A program made the translations under genes and the position numbers. From positions 1 through 35,408 of the forward strand of contig JAZTXA010000149.1 in assembly GCA_045636245.1 (NCBI GenBank): a DNA stretch of 35,408 bases, in the 5' to 3' direction. The stretch is from Eubacteriales bacterium. Lineage in GTDB: Bacteria; Bacillota; Clostridia; Oscillospirales; CAG-272. Shown here in pieces: positions 31,400 to 35,408 of this stretch (positions are counted from its first letter, which is position 1; each line of letters begins with the position of its first letter). The notes beneath the pieces were generated by a model that worked only from the letters and a program-made list of their open reading frames with translations, had not been told where the DNA came from and searched no databases.

Positions 31400-32941
31400 A
31401 TGAAAAAAATACTGTTTACTCTGCTTGCCGCAGCACTTATACTGTCATCGTGCTTTGACGTTCAGACGGATAGCGGCACAAATGCAGAGACGAAAAATGA
31501 CGAGGTTATTGACAGCAGTTGTTTTCACGCAGATGATGATGACAACGGAAAATGTGATAAATGCGACGGCTCTGTTTTGCAAACGCTTGACTTTTATGCG
31601 ATAAACGATCTGCACGGAAAATTTGCCGACACCTCTGCAAACGAGGGTGTTGACGAGCTTACGACATATCTGAAAAACCGCGGGACGGCAGACGATCATT
31701 CCGTTATCCTTTCATCGGGCGACATGTGGCAGGGTACGTCCGAATCAAATCTTACAAAGGGAAAGATAATAACAGAATGGATGAATGACATCGGAGTGTC
31801 TTCAATGACACTCGGAAACCACGAATTTGACTGGGGAAGCGAGTTTATAAAAGAAAATGCGGAAGTGGCAAAATTTCCCTTTCTTGCAATAAATGTATTT
31901 GACCGCGCCACAGACAAGCGTGCAGAGTTTTGCGCCCCGTCTGTCACGGTACAAAAGGGAAATGTCACAATAGGTATAATCGGTGCTATCGGTGACTGCT
32001 ATTCATCAATTGCACCCGATAAAACAGAGGACGTTTATTTTAAAACGGGTAATGAGCTGACAGAGCTTGTAAAGACAGAATCAATAAAGCTCCGTGCAGA
32101 GGGGGCTGACATTATTGTTTACTCTTTACACGACGGCTACAGCAGAACGAAAAGCGGTGTTACCTCTGTTTCCGGCAACGAAATTGCATCGTATTATGAC
32201 ATCAGTCTGTCACGTGACGGTTATGTTGACGTTGTTTTTGAAGGCCATACGCACAGAAGCTATGTGCTTAAGGACCCTTACGGCGTTTACCATTTACAGA
32301 ACGGCGGAGATAACGAAGGCATTTGCCATGCAGAGATTCAGGTGAATTTTGCCAATTCAAATACAAAGACCGATGCTGCGGAATTTATTTCAATCAATAA
32401 ATACGATTCTTTACAGGACGATCCCATTGTTTCAACACTTCTTGATAAATACGAAGATGATATAGCACAGGGCAGTCTTTCAATAGGAAATAATAAATAT
32501 AAAAGAAGCGGAGATGAGATGCGCAGACTCGTTGCCGAGCTGTATTACAAAAAGGGGCTTGACAGATGGGGAAGCAGATATGACATCGTCCTCGGCGGCG
32601 GATTTGTTTCAATAAGAAGCCCCGGTTATCTTGCAAAGGGAGAAATCACGTATTCAATGGTTCAAACGCTTTTCCCGTTTGACAATCCGCTTGTCCTTTG
32701 CAGTATCAAGGGATCAGACCTTCTTAAGAAGTTTATCAACACAAACAATTCAAACTACTTCGTATATTACAAGGACGGGCTTGAAAGTAAGATAAATCCG
32801 AATGAAACATATTACATTGTTACAGATACGTACACATCGCAGTACGCACCGAACAATCTTCGGGAAGTTGAAATGTACAATGAAAATATTTTTGCCCGCG
32901 ACATAGTAGCTGACTACATAGCCGCAGGCGGTCTTTCCTGA
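31400..32941 (+). CDS. Lipoprotein, metallophosphoesterase / 5'-nucleotidase family
   Basis: Start at ATG 31400 (MKKILFTLLAAALILSSC lipobox) after GGAG. The motifs INDLHG, SSGDMWQG, LGNHEFD and GHTHRS are present, followed by a 5'-nucleotidase C-terminal-like domain. Confidence 0.85.
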   Translation: MKKILFTLLAAALILSSCFDVQTDSGTNAETKNDEVIDSSCFHADDDDNGKCDKCDGSVLQTLDFYAINDLHGKFADTSANEGVDELTTYLKNRGTADDHSVILSSGDMWQGTSESNLTKGKIITEWMNDIGVSSMTLGNHEFDWGSEFIKENAEVAKFPFLAINVFDRATDKRAEFCAPSVTVQKGNVTIGIIGAIGDCYSSIAPDKTEDVYFKTGNELTELVKTESIKLRAEGADIIVYSLHDGYSRTKSGVTSVSGNEIASYYDISLSRDGYVDVVFEGHTHRSYVLKDPYGVYHLQNGGDNEGICHAEIQVNFANSNTKTDAAEFISINKYDSLQDDPIVSTLLDKYEDDIAQGSLSIGNNKYKRSGDEMRRLVAELYYKKGLDRWGSRYDIVLGGGFVSIRSPGYLAKGEITYSMVQTLFPFDNPLVLCSIKGSDLLKKFINTNNSNYFVYYKDGLESKINPNETYYIVTDTYTSQYAPNNLREVEMYNENIFARDIVADYIAAGGLS

Positions 32942-32945
32942 TAAT

Positions 32946-34412
32946 TTATTTACATTTTGGACGCATGGCGGCGGAAACGCGTAGCGCAAAATCCTTATCC
33001 GCCGCTTCAAAATATGAAAGCACACGCTTTATGATATCTCCCCGGCAGAGCTTAAGCTCGACGGCTATGTTATCCGCAAGCGTGTTCTTTTCTTTTTCCG
33101 TCATGCTGCGGTATCTTTCGCCTGCCTGTGTGAAGTAATCGGGCGGCATTACAGGATGCGGTGCTACCTGTCCCGATGCTGTGGCGGGCTTCGGTGTTTT
33201 TATCTGCGATACCTCAGGGCGGTTGCCCGCAAGGCTGTTGGGTGAATAGTTTATGGGATTTGGATTGAAAACATACGTCATCTCACCGTCACGCTGATTG
33301 TTTTCCGGCATAAATTTCGGGCGGTTGACAGGAAGCTGTGCGAAGTTCGTGCCTATTCTGTAACGCTGTGTGTCAAGATACGAGAAAACTCTGCCCTGAA
33401 GCATTTTATCGTTTGAAAACTCAATGCCGGGCACTATGTTTGCGGGGCAGAATGCAGATTGCTCAACCTCCGCAAAAAAGCTTTTCGGGTTTCTGTTCAG
33501 CGTCATCATGCCGACACGCAGAAGAGGGAAGTCACGCTCGCTCCACACCTTTGTGTCGTCAAGTATATTGAAGCTTTGCTGTGCTGCTTCATCCTCTGTC
33601 ATAAGCTGTACGCAAAGTTCATATTTCGGGTAGTCTCCGCGTTCTATCGACTCGTAGAGGAGCCTTGTGGCAATATCGGGATCGGCGCCCGCTAAATATT
33701 CCGCTTCCTGGCGTGATATCGTTTCCACACCTTGCTGTGTTTTCCAGTGGTATTTCACATACCGTCTTTCACCTCTTGCGTTAACCCACACGAATGTGTT
33801 TACGCCGAAGCCGTCTATGTGGCGGTAGTCTTTTATTGTTCCCATATCGGAATAAAGCCACGTTATCATGTGTGTGGCTTCGGGCGACAGAGAAACGAAA
33901 TCCCAGAATCTTTGATTATCACGCAGATTCGTGTCGGGCGACGGCTTAAGCGAGTGTATCAGGTCGGGAAATTTGATGGCATCGCTTATGAAGAAAACGG
34001 GAATGTCATTGCTGACAAGGTCGTAAATGCCGTGATCTGTGTAAAATTTCACGGCAAATCCTCTGGGGTCACGCACGGTGTCGGCAGAGCCTTTGCCGCC
34101 TATGACTGTCGAAAACCGCACAAAAACATCCGTTTGCTTGCATGGGGACTGCAAGAAATCGGCGGATGTATATTTGCTCATGCTTTGGTACGGCTTGAAT
34201 ACACCGTATGCCCCCGCACCCTTTGCGTGAACCACGCGTTCGGGTATCCTCTCGCGGTCGAAATGCGCCATTTTATCTATAAATCTTACGTCCTCCAAAA
34301 CGGCGGGACCGTTTTCGCCGACGGTAAGTGTGTTTGAATCGTTTGTTATCGGTCTGCCCAGTGAATCTGTCATGTATCCGGGCATATTTAAGTTATGTTT
34401 GCAGTTGTCCAT
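32946..34412 (-). CDS. katA: Monofunctional heme catalase
   Basis: FDRERIPERVVHAKGAGAYG (distal His) and the RVFSYLDTQRYR region (proximal Tyr) are present. 488 aa. The RBS is GGAGG. Confidence 0.95.
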   Translation of the reverse strand: MDNCKHNLNMPGYMTDSLGRPITNDSNTLTVGENGPAVLEDVRFIDKMAHFDRERIPERVVHAKGAGAYGVFKPYQSMSKYTSADFLQSPCKQTDVFVRFSTVIGGKGSADTVRDPRGFAVKFYTDHGIYDLVSNDIPVFFISDAIKFPDLIHSLKPSPDTNLRDNQRFWDFVSLSPEATHMITWLYSDMGTIKDYRHIDGFGVNTFVWVNARGERRYVKYHWKTQQGVETISRQEAEYLAGADPDIATRLLYESIERGDYPKYELCVQLMTEDEAAQQSFNILDDTKVWSERDFPLLRVGMMTLNRNPKSFFAEVEQSAFCPANIVPGIEFSNDKMLQGRVFSYLDTQRYRIGTNFAQLPVNRPKFMPENNQRDGEMTYVFNPNPINYSPNSLAGNRPEVSQIKTPKPATASGQVAPHPVMPPDYFTQAGERYRSMTEKEKNTLADNIAVELKLCRGDIIKRVLSYFEAADKDFALRVSAAMRPKCK

Positions 34413-34432
34413 ATAAAACCTCCTTTACAGAA

Positions 34433-34462
34433 AGTATATTCACGGCGTTGCTTTTTTGTCAA
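34433..34462 (-). promoter_or_regulatory. Candidate katA promoter
   Basis: The minus strand reads TTGACA, an 18-nt spacer, then TATACT, just upstream of the RBS. Confidence 0.4.
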
Positions 34463-34725
34463 AGGTTACATGGAGATAATTGAAAAATAAATTGATATTA
34501 AGACTTGTATTTTTACAGTATATGTGATATAATAAAAAGGATAATTTTGTTACGAAAACACAAAATAATACGAATGTTAATATATTGTTTACAAATCGCA
34601 CGATAAAATACTTGTGTTTTTATTGACAAACGATAAAAAATGTTGTAAACTATAATTGCTTACACAAGATATACGCCCACCGGCGGAGGCGGTATCAAAA
34701 ATACTATGCGCCGGAGATAGGATAA

Positions 34726-35408
34726 ATGATGGATAAGGCAAAGGTTTTAGAGCTTGAGAAGATCGCAAACGGTATCCGCCGTGATATCGTAACTCAGGTG
34801 TATTCCGCAAACTCGGGTCATCCGGGCGGTTCTCTTTCCATTGCGGATGTTTTGACATACTTGTATTTTGAGAAAATGAATGTAAAGGCGGATGATCCCA
34901 AGTGGGAGGACCGTGACAGATTCGTGCTTTCTAAGGGACACGCTTCCCCTGCAGTCTACGCAACACTTGCGGCAAAGGGCTTTTTCCCGAAGGAGGAGCT
35001 TGTCAAGTTCCGTAATATCGAAAGCTTCTTGCAGGGTCATCCCGATATGAAGCACACACCCGGCGTTGATATGTCAACGGGCTCACTTGGACTCGGCATC
35101 TCGGCGGCTTGCGGTATGGCGCTCGGCGGTAAGACTCAGAAAAAGGATTTCCGTGTGTATACCATACTCGGTGACGGCGAAATTGCGGAAGGTCAGGTAT
35201 GGGAGGCAGCAATGTTTGCCGCTCACTATAAGCTTGACAATCTCGTTGCTGTTATTGACTGGAACGGACTTCAGATAGACGGAGCTGTTACCGAGGTTAT
35301 GAACCCCACTCCTCACGACGAGAAATTCCGCGCTTTCGGTTGGCACGTTATAAGCATCGATGCGCATAATTTTGATGAAATAGAGGCTGCCTTTGAGGAA
35401 GCAAAGAC
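34726..35408 (+). CDS. tkt: Transketolase, N-terminal (thiamine diphosphate-binding) subunit; 3' end truncated by the window edge
   Basis: Read by hand; there is no stop in the window, so it is absent from the track. The translation begins MMDKAKVLELEKIANGIRRDIVTQVYSANSGHPGGSLSIADVL and continues to ILGDGEIAEGQVWEAAMFAAHYKLDNL. GGAGA lies 8 nt upstream. Confidence 0.9.
   Translation, partial: MMDKAKVLELEKIANGIRRDIVTQVYSANSGHPGGSLSIADVLTYLYFEKMNVKADDPKWEDRDRFVLSKGHASPAVYATLAAKGFFPKEELVKFRNIESFLQGHPDMKHTPGVDMSTGSLGLGISAACGMALGGKTQKKDFRVYTILGDGEIAEGQVWEAAMFAAHYKLDNLVAVIDWNGLQIDGAVTEVMNPTPHDEKFRAFGWHVISIDAHNFDEIEAAFEEAK

Noticed and set aside
34463-34725. Possible PerR/Fur-type operator in the AT-rich katA-tkt intergenic region
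   Set aside because: AT-rich partial palindromes are present (for example around ATATGTGATATAATAA). None matches the TTATAATnATTATAA-type box convincingly, so they cannot be distinguished from background AT-rich promoter DNA.
1-35408. CRISPR arrays, rRNA genes, transposases/IS elements, integrases, toxin-antitoxin pairs
   Set aside because: I scanned for regularly spaced direct repeats, rRNA-like conserved blocks, DDE/serine/tyrosine recombinase motifs and small overlapping gene pairs, and found none. The only dispersed repeats are the short structured intergenic elements reported above.

Overview
This window looks like chromosome from a Gram-positive, Clostridia-like genome. The evidence is two T-box leaders, a SCIFF peptide/maturase pair, an rpmH-rnpA-yidD-yidC-jag cluster, and roughly 45-50% GC by eye. 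Positions 1 to about 4350 are the right-hand part of an integrative/mobilizable element: a MobC-like RHH protein, a relaxase, a ParB-like protein and a small Cys-containing protein. These are followed by a strongly AT-rich orphan cargo gene (2987-4213, minus strand). It encodes a membrane-tethered protein with a YkgJ-type CxxCxxCC cysteine-cluster domain and abuts the 3' end of tRNA-Pro(CGG). The 5' end of that tRNA is duplicated as a perfect 26-bp direct repeat bracketing a 177-bp structured insert, which leaves a consensus promoter stranded upstream of the truncated copy. The rest of the window is housekeeping and accessory metabolism:
- an SGNH/CE2-like esterase lipoprotein, a HAD phosphatase and a DUF1343/NamZ-like protein;
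- yajC, a small membrane protein, SCIFF scfA (missing from the ORF track) and scfB;
- a secreted protein with a sortase-like NPETG signal;
- a Thr T-box followed by a membrane protein and thrS;
- mgsA, an orphan MinD-like ATPase and an RNHCP protein;
- two tandem PrsA-like lipoproteins, a GH36 alpha-galactosidase and an HTH-membrane regulator;
- a Trp T-box followed by an orphan trpB and an IMPase-HAD fusion;
- jag-yidC-yidD-rnpA-rpmH, rarA, a 5'-nucleotidase-like lipoprotein, catalase, and a partial transketolase N-terminal subunit.
Several GC-rich structured intergenic repeat families are present. I saw no CRISPR array, rRNA, transposase or integrase. The best candidate for something undescribed is the AT-rich cargo gene. 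Its function is inferred only from context and domain architecture.
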